Positions 1 through 10,478 of a stretch of 64,000 nt of DNA are shown here, in pieces. Position numbers and translations under genes: made by a program. A model generated the notes under the pieces. It had not been told where the DNA came from. It saw nothing but the letters and a program-made list of their open reading frames with translations, and did no database searches. Source of the stretch: Myxococcota bacterium (GTDB lineage: Bacteria > Myxococcota_A > SURF-8). The stretch covers positions 2,048,001-2,112,000 of the forward strand of contig CAXXQS010000002.1 of NCBI GenBank assembly GCA_963674735.2, given 5' to 3'. Positions within the stretch are counted from its first letter, which is position 1; each line of letters starts with the position of its first letter.

Positions 1-170
1 GCCTGCATGCGCCGGTAATGCATCACTTCGGCCATGATCGTGTAGCGCATGCCGTGACGCTCGAAAATATCCATCAAGCGCCAGGCGGGACCAACCATCA
101 GACGCAAGACATCGCCCGTTCCGTCGCCGCGAACTTCCCAATCGTCGGTGAACACAAACGCCAGTTTCAT
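1..170 (-). CDS. 5' part of a polysaccharide-deacetylase-like protein (runs off the window edge)
   Basis: Not in the ORF track. ATG at 170 reads MKLAFVFTDDWEVRGDGTGDVLRLMVGPAWRLMDIFERHGMRYTIMAEVMHY, resembling the TxDxE...L...G.R.TF start of NodB-type deacetylases. Confidence 0.6.
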   Translation of the reverse strand, partial: MKLAFVFTDDWEVRGDGTGDVLRLMVGPAWRLMDIFERHGMRYTIMAEVMHYRRMQ

Positions 171-348
171 GGTCCCATCCCGTATGAAGTTACATGCCGC
201 TCATCCTACTCCGCCGTAGAGCGAAATGCAATGCACAACGCACATGCGTACATCACGGGATCGTACAAGTGAGACCACTACAGCGCCTTTCACGAGTGTG
301 AAACGGTTGGCGATGCAGCTGCTCCCACGGTCGAACCGGTTAAAACAA

Positions 349-1164
349 CTAGGGTCTTTCCTGTATCAGGTCGTTACGGACGCAGAGCGAATGACAGGCC
401 GGGCCGTCTGTCCAGGTGCAGGTGTGGGTGGCGGATGGGCAGTCGGCGTAGTTGGTGCAGGTGGAATCGGCGCAGGAAGCCGGTTCGCAGTTTCCATCCT
501 CACAGATTCCCCAAACAAGCACGTTTTCCGCTTCACCGACCCGGCAATCGGCGTCCGTAACGCATTCGCTGGCGGCCAGGAGATCCGCATTGGATTCGCA
601 AGGCATGGGTAACGCCATACACAGATTGCCGAAAACAAGCTGGCATTCATTGAAAACGTTGCCCACTTTGTTGACGCCCTGGTCGTAGGACATGATCGTA
701 CAAAAGGGGTTGGGCTGGTCGAGGGTGCAGGTTACATCGGAGGGCAGGCAAAGCCCGGACATATCGGAGCCGCACACCGGTTCCCAGCACCAGGCTGTAT
801 CACCACAACCCGTGTAGCCGATGCCCCCGCACTTACCTTCGCTCTGGCTCTCGATATCGGCGATGAATGACGAAAGGAGGGGGGAGTCGCCATCGGGATC
901 GTCTCCATCGGGATCGTCTCCATCGGGATCGTCGCCATCGGGATCGTCGCCGTCGGGGCTGTCGCCGTCGGGGCTGTCGCCGTCGGGATCGTCGCCGTCG
1001 GGATCGTCGCCGTCGGGATCGTCGCCGTCGGGATCGTCGCCATCGGGCGCATCTCCATCAGGGTTGTCGCCGTCGATGTCCGGATCTTCAGTATCCGAAT
1101 CGCAGGCGCACAGGACAAGGCACAGGATTCCGATGAAAATGGAAAATAGGATCGTGCGTGACAT
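349..1164 (-). CDS. Lipoprotein with DGDxP acidic repeat linker and Cys-rich C-terminal domain
   Basis: GAGGAG RBS before ATG 1164; hydrophobic signal ending VLCAC (lipobox); 13 DGDxP units; many Cys downstream. Confidence 0.8.
   Translation of the reverse strand: MSRTILFSIFIGILCLVLCACDSDTEDPDIDGDNPDGDAPDGDDPDGDDPDGDDPDGDDPDGDSPDGDSPDGDDPDGDDPDGDDPDGDDPDGDSPLLSSFIADIESQSEGKCGGIGYTGCGDTAWCWEPVCGSDMSGLCLPSDVTCTLDQPNPFCTIMSYDQGVNKVGNVFNECQLVFGNLCMALPMPCESNADLLAASECVTDADCRVGEAENVLVWGICEDGNCEPASCADSTCTNYADCPSATHTCTWTDGPACHSLCVRNDLIQERP
880..1074 (-). repeat. 13 x 15-bp coding tandem repeat (GACGGCGACGATCCC-like; DGDxP)
   Basis: Directly visible tandem array. Confidence 0.95.
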
Positions 1165-1415
1165 AGCGATCTCCTCGATAATGGCAGTCGTCTGGAAACA
1201 ATGCAATAGTTTGGTCTGTGGCAAGTGACTTAATCATTAAATAAATTAATTTGGGTGTCAACAGAAAACCGTGCGTGAGAGCGCCTGCTTGCTGCATTTG
1301 GATCGCTTAACGTTCACCCGGCGTTCACCTGGGCTGAATAACTGGTTTCGGATCGTGGAAATGTGGTATGAAAACGAAATGAATGCTGGATGGGTTTGAT
1401 GACGAGGGAGCCGGT

Positions 1416-2489
1416 ATGTCTCGCCGTATCGACATCGATTGGCTGCGCATTTTGGCCACGCTGCTGCTGTTTGTCTTTCACGTGGGGAAAGCCTACGATG
1501 TTCCCCCCTTCTATCAGGTTAAAGCTCCAGATCCGAGCCCCTGGTTGAGTCACCTTACCGGGTTCATTCATATCTGGCATATGCCGTTGTTCTTCGCCGT
1601 GGCGGGCTGGTCGGTTTATGCCTCACTTATGCGTCGCGGCGCGGGGATGTTTGTGCGTGAGCGCGTGCGGCGACTGCTCATCCCTTTTTTAATCGGCTGC
1701 GTGATGATCTGTCCGGCCATGCAATACGTTTACGCGATCAATCAGCGGGGGTATACGGGAACATTCGGAGAGTTCATTCCGTTGTTTTTCACCTCGCTTA
1801 CGTGGTTCAGCTGGTCGCATCTCTGGTTTCTGATCTACCTGTTTACCTTTACCCTGCTGTATCTGCCGCTTTTCAAATATCTTGCGGCGCGCAGTCCGTC
1901 GCAACACGTGGCGGCTTGGCGTTTATGGATACCGCTTCCGATTCTGGTGGCGATTCAGGTTGTGCTGCGGCCCCTATGGCCGGGTTTCCAAAATTTGTTC
2001 GACGACTGGGCCAACTTCACCTACTACAGCACTTTTTTCACTATGGGTTTCGTTTTGGCCTGGCATCCGACGGTCGAAGCTTCCGTGCAGGCACGTTGGA
2101 AGACTTTCCTGCTTATCGCTGTGGTGAGTACACTTTTGTTTCCACCCCTTGAAGGGTGGCTGGTTTGGGGGATGCCGCACCGCGTGCTGTTTGCCGTGGC
2201 GAGTTACCACTGGGTACTGGCGTTGTGGGGCATTGCCCATCGCGGGTTCAAATGGTCGGGCCGAAACCGCCGCTATTTGAGCGAGGCCGCCTATCCGCTG
2301 TATTTTCTGCACCAGGCGTTCATTATTATACCCGGATACTGGATCGTGCAGCAGCCCTGGCCTCTGGTGTTGCGTTTTGGGGTTTCGCTGGCGGTAGCGG
2401 TGACGGCCAGCTTTGCTGTCTATCACGGTTTGATCCGACCGTTCAACTCCCTGCGCGCCCTGTTCGGCATGAAGCCCAAACGTGGTTAA
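1416..2489 (+). CDS. Acyltransferase-3 family membrane protein (OpgC/MdoC-like)
   Basis: IDWLR, FH, HMPLFF, HLWFL and YPLYFLHQ motifs; many TM segments; GAGGGAG RBS. Confidence 0.88.
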   Translation: MSRRIDIDWLRILATLLLFVFHVGKAYDVPPFYQVKAPDPSPWLSHLTGFIHIWHMPLFFAVAGWSVYASLMRRGAGMFVRERVRRLLIPFLIGCVMICPAMQYVYAINQRGYTGTFGEFIPLFFTSLTWFSWSHLWFLIYLFTFTLLYLPLFKYLAARSPSQHVAAWRLWIPLPILVAIQVVLRPLWPGFQNLFDDWANFTYYSTFFTMGFVLAWHPTVEASVQARWKTFLLIAVVSTLLFPPLEGWLVWGMPHRVLFAVASYHWVLALWGIAHRGFKWSGRNRRYLSEAAYPLYFLHQAFIIIPGYWIVQQPWPLVLRFGVSLAVAVTASFAVYHGLIRPFNSLRALFGMKPKRG

Positions 2490-2555
2490 TGAACCCCATT
2501 CGTTCGATCTTTTCACATCTGCATTATTGCACTGATTGCCCCCGTAGATCCATTA

Positions 2556-2584
2556 TTGACATTGTTGTAGAATCCGCTTACACT
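2556..2584 (+). promoter_or_regulatory. Sigma70-type promoter for the radical SAM gene
   Basis: TTGACA-17 nt-TACACT. Confidence 0.65.
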
Positions 2585-2696
2585 CTCTCGCGAAGGTGGT
2601 ACAAGTAGTAAAAATCAATAAGTCGTCTTCGCGGCCAATGAGTCGTTGTGCGTTGTCGCGACTGCGAAGCGAAGAGCGGGGAATCAGGAATTCACG

Positions 2697-4505
2697 ATGG
2701 ACTGCTTGTTGTTACATGTACCTGGAGGTCACGGCGAAGGGCAGCGTAGCCTGCCGATCATGGCCGCCGGAATCTTTTCGATTGCCGATGTTCTCCATGA
2801 AAACGGTTTCAATACCCAGATCGTCAATCTGGCGGTCAAGCGTCGTTTTCACACCGAGTTCAAGCTGGATGAATTTATTCGCGATGAACAACCGATGGTG
2901 GTGGGAATCAGCCTCCAGTGGCATATGCAATTGGCCGATGCCGTCGATACGGCGCGGCTGGTGAAAACGCAAAACCCGCAAACCAAGGTCGTGGTTGGAG
3001 GGATGACCGCCACGATCTTTGCCGAAGATCTTTTAAAGGACTACCCGTTTATCGATTTCGTCATTCGCGGTGATGGCGAGGTTCCGTTTTTGAATCTGAG
3101 TCAAGAGTTGTATTCGCAACAGGAACGCTACGCAAGCATCCCTAATCTGGTGTGGCGCGACGAAGATAAACGGGCGCAATTCAACCCGGTCAGTTATGTT
3201 AATGATGTGGAGAACACCCAGTTCATGTCGCATGTGCGTTTGGACCTGATGCGGGATGCGAAAATCTATGTGGGGGAGGATCTTCAGTTCGATATCCAGC
3301 ATAGCCCGAAAAACGTTTTTTATTATCATTTCGGGAAGGGCTGCAAAGCGAATTGTACGTTTTGCGGCGGTGGGTCGAAGGCGCACAAGGATCTTTACGG
3401 GCGAAAGAGTTATTTTTTCTACGACAACCAGAAGGTTCTACGTGATCTTCATGATTTGCAGGGATACGGTGTCAACACGCTTCGCGTCTGCTTCGATCCC
3501 GATCCGCAGAGCGACCGGTTTGTCGAGATCTTCAAGGCCATCAAGCGGAACAAGCATCTGTTCCGCATGCTTTTCGAATGTTTCGGGTTGCCCGACGATG
3601 CCTTCCTCGATGCCTTCAAGGACACATTCCGGGATGATTCGACCATCATGATTTCACCCATGTGCGGGTCGGACTCCGTGCGCCGTCGCATGGGCGGATT
3701 CATTTACAGCAATGCCGAACTGCACGATTGCGTGAGCCGCATGACGCAGCGTGGAATTCGGGTTTCGTTGTTTTTCACCTTCGGTCTCCCGTTCGAGAAG
3801 ATGGAAGATCTGGAGGCGACCCAGGCTCTCATGGTCGAGATGCAGAAGCTTGGAGCGAGTTGCTTCAGTCTACCGCTCGAACCCGATCCGTCTTCCCCCA
3901 TGCTCAATCACCCCGAGGACTTTGGTGTGACGGAGCATCTGAGCAGTCTGGCCGATTATGTCGCCTACGCCCGCCGGGCCGAGACCGATCAGATTTATCG
4001 AACCGAATGGCTGAGCAAAGAGCAGATTCTGGCGGGTCTCAAACGGCTGGAATCGATCGAAACGAAAGTGGGCGATACCAGCACGGCTTGGAATGCCTCG
4101 TTGCTTGCGGAGAGGCGCAGTATTGAAAACCCGGTTGACCAACTTCGTGAAATAAAAGCGAAAATCGATATCGAGCTGAATAGGAAACGGCGTGAACTGG
4201 CGCTGCTTTCCAAGGTCTCGACGTTACTGCGGCCGGTTATCACCGGGCGGAAAAAATTGCGAAGCGGTTTTAAACTAAACCGGATTGTTCACCGTGAAGA
4301 CGGCAATTATTCGATCGAGTGGATTCGTGAGAGCCAAATGCTTGTCGTCACGATCGTGTTGGATGATTTCACCGGACCTGTCGCCTTTTCCAATGGCGGT
4401 ATCGGGATTATTTACGAGCGATTGGTCGGCATGGTCGAGGCTGACCCCACCGTACTGGAGATCGAGCGGGACTTGATGGATTTGGTCGATCTTTTTGCCC
4501 GTTGA
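2697..4505 (+). CDS. Cobalamin-binding (class B) radical SAM protein
   Basis: N-terminal B12-binding domain (VVGISL, VVVGG.TAT, RGDGE); CKANCTFC = CxxxCxxC; GLPFE. Confidence 0.88.
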   Translation: MDCLLLHVPGGHGEGQRSLPIMAAGIFSIADVLHENGFNTQIVNLAVKRRFHTEFKLDEFIRDEQPMVVGISLQWHMQLADAVDTARLVKTQNPQTKVVVGGMTATIFAEDLLKDYPFIDFVIRGDGEVPFLNLSQELYSQQERYASIPNLVWRDEDKRAQFNPVSYVNDVENTQFMSHVRLDLMRDAKIYVGEDLQFDIQHSPKNVFYYHFGKGCKANCTFCGGGSKAHKDLYGRKSYFFYDNQKVLRDLHDLQGYGVNTLRVCFDPDPQSDRFVEIFKAIKRNKHLFRMLFECFGLPDDAFLDAFKDTFRDDSTIMISPMCGSDSVRRRMGGFIYSNAELHDCVSRMTQRGIRVSLFFTFGLPFEKMEDLEATQALMVEMQKLGASCFSLPLEPDPSSPMLNHPEDFGVTEHLSSLADYVAYARRAETDQIYRTEWLSKEQILAGLKRLESIETKVGDTSTAWNASLLAERRSIENPVDQLREIKAKIDIELNRKRRELALLSKVSTLLRPVITGRKKLRSGFKLNRIVHREDGNYSIEWIRESQMLVVTIVLDDFTGPVAFSNGGIGIIYERLVGMVEADPTVLEIERDLMDLVDLFAR

Positions 4506-4532
4506 CACTTGTCCCACGCGTGCAAACGCGAG

Positions 4533-5615
4533 CTACTTTTTCCAACGCTTCTTGAAGTTTTTCTGGATTTTACTGACTTCCTTCCACTTTCGCCGTTCCG
4601 CGCCGGCTGCTCCGTAGGTCAGTCTTTCCTTCAACTCATGTAATTCCGTGCGCTGTTTGGCGTAACTCTCGAAGCGCACGGGGTCCAGTTCGCCTTTTTC
4701 CAGTGCCGAGCGGACGGCGCAGCCCGGTTCCTGCTGGTGCTGACAGTCGCGGAAACGGCAAGCGGCGGCCAGTTCGGCAATGTCGGCGAAACTGTTCTGC
4801 AATCCTTTTTCATCGGCCCACAGTTGAAGCTCGCGCATGCCGGGGGTGTCGATCACCATCCCGCCCTCGGGCAAGCGAATCAATTCCCGATGGGTGGTGG
4901 TGTGACGGCCTTTGAGATCCGATTCCCGCACGGCTCCGACTTTTTGCCGGTCGTAACCCAACAGGCGATTGATCAGCGTCGATTTCCCCACGCCGGACGA
5001 TCCCAAAAAAGCGAGGGTTTGTCCCGGCTTGGCATAATGCATCAGAACCTCGAAGCCCTCTTCATTCTGGGCGCTGCAGGCATGTAGAGGCACGCCCGGA
5101 GCGATGGCGGCCACTTCTGCGAGGCGGCTTTCGAGATCGTCGCAGAGATCCGTTTTATTGAGCAAAATGACCGGGACCGCGCCGGATTCGTAGGCCAGGG
5201 TGAGATAGCGTTCCATGCGCCGGAGGTTGTAGTCGTTGTCCAGTCCGCTGACCAGGACCACCGTATTCACGTTGGCGGCCACCACCTGGGCCTGATTCTC
5301 AAGGCGCGCATGCTTGCGGGTGAAGGCGCTGAAACGGGAAAGAACGGCGTGGATGCGTACCAGACCGTCGCGGTCGGTAGAGGTGGCGGCCACCCAATCG
5401 CCCACGGCGGGATAATCGGCCACACTTTGTGCATGGTGGCGAAAAATACCGGTGATTTTACCGGACTGGGGACCCTCTTCGGATATGAGGCGGAAATGGC
5501 CACGGTCTTCGCGTACAACTCGGGCAGGCCAGATATCGGGAAAGTCGAGGCTGTCGAAGGAGGCCTCGAAAGCCGCTGTCCAACCTAGTTCGGTCAGATT
5601 TTCATATGATTCCAT
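4533..5615 (-). CDS. rsgA: Ribosome small subunit-dependent GTPase A
   Basis: PAVGDWV, NKTD, GSSGVGKS, GRHTTT, DTPG, CRFRDCQH..EPGC zinc finger. Confidence 0.96.
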   Translation of the reverse strand: MESYENLTELGWTAAFEASFDSLDFPDIWPARVVREDRGHFRLISEEGPQSGKITGIFRHHAQSVADYPAVGDWVAATSTDRDGLVRIHAVLSRFSAFTRKHARLENQAQVVAANVNTVVLVSGLDNDYNLRRMERYLTLAYESGAVPVILLNKTDLCDDLESRLAEVAAIAPGVPLHACSAQNEEGFEVLMHYAKPGQTLAFLGSSGVGKSTLINRLLGYDRQKVGAVRESDLKGRHTTTHRELIRLPEGGMVIDTPGMRELQLWADEKGLQNSFADIAELAAACRFRDCQHQQEPGCAVRSALEKGELDPVRFESYAKQRTELHELKERLTYGAAGAERRKWKEVSKIQKNFKKRWKK

Positions 5616-5890
5616 GCAGAGATCTCCCGGTTGACTCTTTGCCGTTTCCCGCCTGCTATTGCGCACTTATCCTAACGCGGAGAGCGACAATTCGCAAGCT
5701 TGGGATGATCCTTGATTTCGATCACGTGTTTCCTGCGTGATTCCGGAAGGAGGCTGGTATCAAAAACGTCAAGATATTGAGTAAACGACCGAATCATATC
5801 ATATAAGTAGGGTGTACTTTGATTCGATAAGCTATTCTTCCGATTGCCCGCAAGTTAAACGGATATTCTTGCAAGAAGCAAAGGATCGAG

Positions 5891-8581
5891 ATGAGTCGCG
5901 TTTGGATCTGGTCTAGCCGGAGGGCTGTGCAACAGTGTGGTGAGATGCTTGCAGCCTCCGGTGTGACTTGCGTGCAAGGAATGCCGAAGGGTGGCTACCG
6001 GTTTCCTGACGAGTCGCGGCCGATTGTGGTTCTGGCCGATGCGGAGCAGATTCTTGAAATCAACGACACTCCCGGAGAAAATCCCTGGGGTTGGGTGGTG
6101 TTGCGCGACGACTCCTCCCACTCGGTGTTGGATCTGCCTGATTGGGTCGACTTGGTTCTGCCGGCGTCCATACGGCCGGAGGATCTGACCCGTGCAGTGA
6201 AAAAGCTGCTGCAACGATTGGAGCGGGATTTCGGTTCTTCAGTGGATGTGGCCGAAGGCAAGAATACGGAACAGGAACTGAAGGAAAGCGAAGAGCGCTT
6301 CCGGCTGATATTCCATACCAGTCCCGATTCCATTGTTATTTCGCGTGCTTCGGATGGCTTGATTGTGGATGCCAATGACGCTACCTACAAACTGACCGGT
6401 TATCGCCGTGACGAATTGGTCGGGCAGACCACCCTGGAGAGGAAAATCTGGTTCGACGCAAGGCAGCGCAAGGTGCTGATCGACCAGCTGCGAAAAGATG
6501 GCGAAGTCAGCAATTTTGAAACGACATTTTGCATGAAAGACGGAAGTACCATCATCGGTTTGATTTCGGCTCGTTTGATGGTCTGGAATAGCGATCTGTA
6601 TCTGTTGGCTGTGGTGCGCGACATTACCGAGATGCTGCAAACCCAAAAAGCCATTCAGACCAGTGAGCGGCGCTTGCGATTGGCTATCGAGGCGGCGAAC
6701 GAAGGGTTGTGGGAACGGGATGTCAAATCGGATGAAGTGTTTTTCAGCAAACGTTATTACCGCATGTTGGGTTATGACGCCGATGAGATTCCGGAAGTTT
6801 ATCAAACCTGGATCGATTTTCTGCACCCCGATGATCGGGATGAGGCGTCTGAACGTATGACGCGGTACCTGCGGGGAGAAATTCCAAATTACGAGAATAC
6901 GTTTCGTTTACGTACGAAATCCGGCGACTATCGTTGGATTACGACTCGTGGCGAAGTGGTGGAATGGGACGATGACGGATCTCCGCGCCGCATCGTGGGG
7001 GTTCATCTGGATGTTCACGATCGGATCCTGGCCGAACGGAAACTTCAGGAAAGTGAAGCCAAATATCGGGCCTTGGTGGAAAACTCATACGACATTATCG
7101 CCCGACTCGACCGTGAGGCGCGGCTTCTTTATGTCAATCATGCGGTATGGCGTATTTTCGGGCTGGAAGCGGATGCGGTTTTGGGAAAACGCTTCGAGGA
7201 TCTCGGTTTTTCGGAAGAGTTCTGTCGCTATATCGATGAATCCGTTCGTCATGTGATTGCCGGTGGTAAACCGACCGCCGGGCGGATGGATGTGGATGGG
7301 CCGCAGGGACGCGTGACGCTCAACTGCCATCTTTTTCCCGAGATGCCGGAGGAAGGCGGCGAGCCGACCGTGTTGACATCGATGACGGATGTCACGGAGC
7401 TCAAGCAGGCTCAGGAAGAGCGGCTGTTGCTGCAAAGTCAGCTGATTCAATCGCAAAAGATGGAAGCCATCGGACGTTTGGCCGGTGGAGTGGCGCATGA
7501 TTTCAACAATCTGCTCACCGGAATCACCGGCAATGTTTCGCTGGCGATGGTGGATGCGGAATCGAACGATTCGGTAATGGAATCGCTGGAGCAGATCAAA
7601 GCGGCCGCCGACCGGGCCGCCGACCTCAACCGTCAGCTTCTGACATTTAGTCGCAAACGGCGCGTGCGTCTACAAACGGTGGATCTGAATCGGACGGCAA
7701 CCAATGTTATTCGGATGTTGGACCGTCTGATCGGGGAGGAAATCGTTGTCCGGTCGTATTTGGAGACGGAACTCACGCCGGTTTTAGCCGATCCGGCCAT
7801 GATCGAGCAGGTTCTCATCAATCTGTCGGTCAATGCTCGTGACGCGATGCCGCGGGGGGGCACCCTCAAAATTTCGACGGCCAATGTCGAGTTGGATTCG
7901 GTTTTTTGCCAGCGTTATTCGCTTGTCAAGCCTGGTTTGCATGCTCGGATCAGCGTGCGTGACAGCGGCGTCGGGATGACCGATGAGGTGTTGCAGCATT
8001 TATTCGAACCGTTTTTCACTACCAAGGCCAAGGGCAAAGGAACAGGGCTTGGTTTGGCCATGGTGTACGGGATCGTACAGCAGCATCGGGGAACGATCGT
8101 GGTCGATTCGCGTTTGATGGAAGGAACGCGCTTCGATCTCTATTTTCCTGCGACGGCGCAGGATGCGATCGGCGACGAGGAGAAGCCGTCTGTCAAGCAG
8201 GCGGTTTTACCGCGCGGCGGCGAGCGGCTACTGGTTGTGGAAGACGAAAAAATCGTTCGTGAAATTGCCGTGAAAACCCTGAAACGGCAAGGGTATCACG
8301 TGTTGAGCGCCGATGGCGCTTCGAATGCGATGGTGGTATTCGAAAACAATCCCGATATCGATCTGCTGCTTAGCGATGTGGTGATGCCCGGTTTGAATGG
8401 CCGTGAATTGGCCGAAATTCTGACGGCCGAAAAGCCCGATCTCAAGGTGCTTCTGACTTCCGGTTACTCGGAGGAGATTATTGCTCATCACGGCGTACTG
8501 GATGCCGGGCTGAATTTCTTGCCGAAACCCTACTCGCCCCAGGAACTGGTTCAACGTGTGCGGGCACTGCTGGACAGCTAG
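5891..8581 (+). CDS. Multi-PAS hybrid sensor histidine kinase with C-terminal receiver
   Basis: Three PAS/PAC domains; AHDFNN H-box; NARDAM, FEPFFTTK, GTGLGL; receiver VEDE/DVVMP/KP. Confidence 0.95.
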   Translation: MSRVWIWSSRRAVQQCGEMLAASGVTCVQGMPKGGYRFPDESRPIVVLADAEQILEINDTPGENPWGWVVLRDDSSHSVLDLPDWVDLVLPASIRPEDLTRAVKKLLQRLERDFGSSVDVAEGKNTEQELKESEERFRLIFHTSPDSIVISRASDGLIVDANDATYKLTGYRRDELVGQTTLERKIWFDARQRKVLIDQLRKDGEVSNFETTFCMKDGSTIIGLISARLMVWNSDLYLLAVVRDITEMLQTQKAIQTSERRLRLAIEAANEGLWERDVKSDEVFFSKRYYRMLGYDADEIPEVYQTWIDFLHPDDRDEASERMTRYLRGEIPNYENTFRLRTKSGDYRWITTRGEVVEWDDDGSPRRIVGVHLDVHDRILAERKLQESEAKYRALVENSYDIIARLDREARLLYVNHAVWRIFGLEADAVLGKRFEDLGFSEEFCRYIDESVRHVIAGGKPTAGRMDVDGPQGRVTLNCHLFPEMPEEGGEPTVLTSMTDVTELKQAQEERLLLQSQLIQSQKMEAIGRLAGGVAHDFNNLLTGITGNVSLAMVDAESNDSVMESLEQIKAAADRAADLNRQLLTFSRKRRVRLQTVDLNRTATNVIRMLDRLIGEEIVVRSYLETELTPVLADPAMIEQVLINLSVNARDAMPRGGTLKISTANVELDSVFCQRYSLVKPGLHARISVRDSGVGMTDEVLQHLFEPFFTTKAKGKGTGLGLAMVYGIVQQHRGTIVVDSRLMEGTRFDLYFPATAQDAIGDEEKPSVKQAVLPRGGERLLVVEDEKIVREIAVKTLKRQGYHVLSADGASNAMVVFENNPDIDLLLSDVVMPGLNGRELAEILTAEKPDLKVLLTSGYSEEIIAHHGVLDAGLNFLPKPYSPQELVQRVRALLDS

Positions 8582-8762
8582 GGGCGTTTCACTTCTAAGC
8601 TTTTCACCGGTTTCCATCCACTCTAATTCGATTTACGGGGTGCCATGGGCCAAGCCTTTGGCTTGCCCATGCTGTTTTCACGGGCAAACCTGACGGTTTA
8701 GCCCGTGCCACCCATCATCGATCGAAGATGATTCGAGACTCAATCAGAATTGAAATGCCGTA
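8579..8762. mobile_element. ~183-bp MITE/REPIN-like element, copy 1 (orientation A)
   Basis: TIRs of consensus TAGGGCGTTTCAATTC; shared hairpin core; its terminal TAG is the kinase stop codon. Confidence 0.85.
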
Positions 8763-8788
8763 GGGGTATCCCCCCATCCACGGATGTG

Positions 8789-9337
8789 TTAATCCGCCAG
8801 GAGATCCTTCAATCGCGGACAGTCGGCGCGTTTGATCGCGAAAAACTGCAGGTCGCATAATTCACCCCGGTTCCACACGGCCTCCGCGAGGGCTCCCTGA
8901 GCCAGGAATCCGCAGGATTCCGCCACGCTGCGCGAGGCTTCGTTGCCTTTGAGCACGGTGAGTTGCAGGCGCGGGATCGTTAGCCATTCAAATAAATAGG
9001 CGCTGAACAGGCGCAGGGCTTCGGTCATGTAACCGTGGTTGCGGTCTTCGGGAGAGAGGATGCGGTAGCCGATTTCAAAGCCTTCCATGTAGGGGATGGA
9101 TTTGAAAAAACCGATATGTCCGACCATGCGTTTGTCTTGACGGTCGGTGATGACCATGTTGCCGCCTTCTTCTCCCCACCAGCCGTTCTTCTCGTATTCT
9201 TGCCGGTACTTTTGTTCGGTGGGCAGGCTGACCGGCCAGAATTCGCCGATATCGCGATAGCGGCTTCCAAGCCGGACCAACTCGTGGACGTCTTCTTCGC
9301 GAAATGTATGCAGGATTACACGCTTGCCTTCGATCAT
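8789..9337 (-). CDS. GNAT N-acetyltransferase, RimJ/RimL type
   Basis: EIGY, RNHGYMTEA, N.AS..VAE..GF; AAGGAG RBS before ATG 9337. Confidence 0.9.
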   Translation of the reverse strand: MIEGKRVILHTFREEDVHELVRLGSRYRDIGEFWPVSLPTEQKYRQEYEKNGWWGEEGGNMVITDRQDKRMVGHIGFFKSIPYMEGFEIGYRILSPEDRNHGYMTEALRLFSAYLFEWLTIPRLQLTVLKGNEASRSVAESCGFLAQGALAEAVWNRGELCDLQFFAIKRADCPRLKDLLAD

Positions 9338-9417
9338 CGTTCGTCTCCTTGGCGGTCGTCGGTTTCGACAGGCTACCTCCATTCGGTGAGGTCTGTCAAC
9401 CGGATGTCGGGATACAT

Positions 9418-9600
9418 TAGGGCGTTTCAATTCTGATTGAGTCTCGAATTATCTTCGATTGGTGATGGGTGGCACGGGCTAAACCGTCAGGTTTGCCCGT
9501 GAAAACAGCATGGGCAAGCCAAAGGCTTGGCCCATGGCACCCCCTAAGCCGAATTAGAGTGGGTGGAAAACGGTGAAAAGCTTAGAATTGAAACGCCGTG
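9418..9600. mobile_element. ~183-bp element, copy 2 (orientation B)
   Basis: Reverse complement of copy 1 with scattered differences in the arms. Confidence 0.85.
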
Positions 9601-9907
9601 CGGGATACATTTTCCGTATGGGTGCATCACAAGATGTTGCCATTCCCGAGTACCTTCAAGTCCGCTCCTCCCGAGTGCTGTCCGTCGGGCATTGTATCGA
9701 AGGATCTGTCCTGAGAACCGCGTGGTTCGATACAACTTGCTTCGCATATTACTCACCATGAGCGGTTTTCACGATCAATCGCAATATCTTGATGCACCCT
9801 CTCCGTTTCGATGGTTTCGAAAAACGCTTGCCTTGACGGCGGACGCTTGGCAAACTAGGCGGCAAAGCGGATAAGCTTGAAAAAACGATGCAAAAAGGAG
9901 AAAGGTG

Positions 9908-10303
9908 ATGGGGATTGTCAAACGTTTGCTGGGAATTTGTGAGACGAAGCCGCCGCGCAATAGCGGATCTTGGGATTTCCAAAGCGGCAAACTGACGTTG
10001 GATCTTGCGCGTTTACCGGAACTGCAATCCGCGGGTGCGGCGGTGCGTCTGGAAGGCGCGTCGCTGCCGGAACGCGTGCTGGTGGTGCGGGGCGAGGACG
10101 AGCGCTTGTATGCATTCCGCAATCGTTGCGCCCATGCCGGGCGGCGGCTGGATGCCGTGGGAGGCGACCGCGTGCAGTGTTGCAGCGTGGGGAAATCGCT
10201 GTTCGATCTGCAGGGGGAGCGACATGGCGGTTCGGCCAAAAAGGCGATTCACACCTATGCGGTGGAGCAAGACGGCGAGAAGGCCGTGATTACGCTGGAT
10301 TGA
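9908..10303 (+). CDS. Small Rieske-like ferredoxin with non-canonical second ligand box
   Basis: NRCAHAG box 1; QCCSVGKSLFDL instead of CxxH. Confidence 0.75.
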   Translation: MGIVKRLLGICETKPPRNSGSWDFQSGKLTLDLARLPELQSAGAAVRLEGASLPERVLVVRGEDERLYAFRNRCAHAGRRLDAVGGDRVQCCSVGKSLFDLQGERHGGSAKKAIHTYAVEQDGEKAVITLD

Positions 10304-10351
10304 GCGATTCGCCGTTATTAACCCGATCTTTGTATCGTTGTCATTCGATCC

Positions 10352-10422
10352 TGTCATCCCCGCGAAAGCGGGGATCCGGTTGCGGGCGCTTCTTATCGAT
10401 TTTCGCCTGCGTGGGAATGACG
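10352..10422. repeat. Inverted pair of GTCATCCCCGCGAAAGCGGGGATCC-type palindromic repeats (CGTC-REP/dRS3-like)
   Basis: TGTCATCCCCGCGAAAGCGGGGATCC ... GATTTTCGCCTGCGTGGGAATGACG between convergent genes. Confidence 0.75.
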
Positions 10423-10478
10423 TAAAGATAATTCGTTCATGATAGTCCGTTCGGGTTGACAAGCAAATGCAGAAAATG

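Noticed and set aside
880-1074. CRISPR-like array
   Set aside because: Spacerless 15-bp in-frame coding repeat; no cas genes
8579-9600. Integron cassette with attC sites
   Set aside because: Repeats are inverted, lack GTTRRRY cores, and no integrase is present
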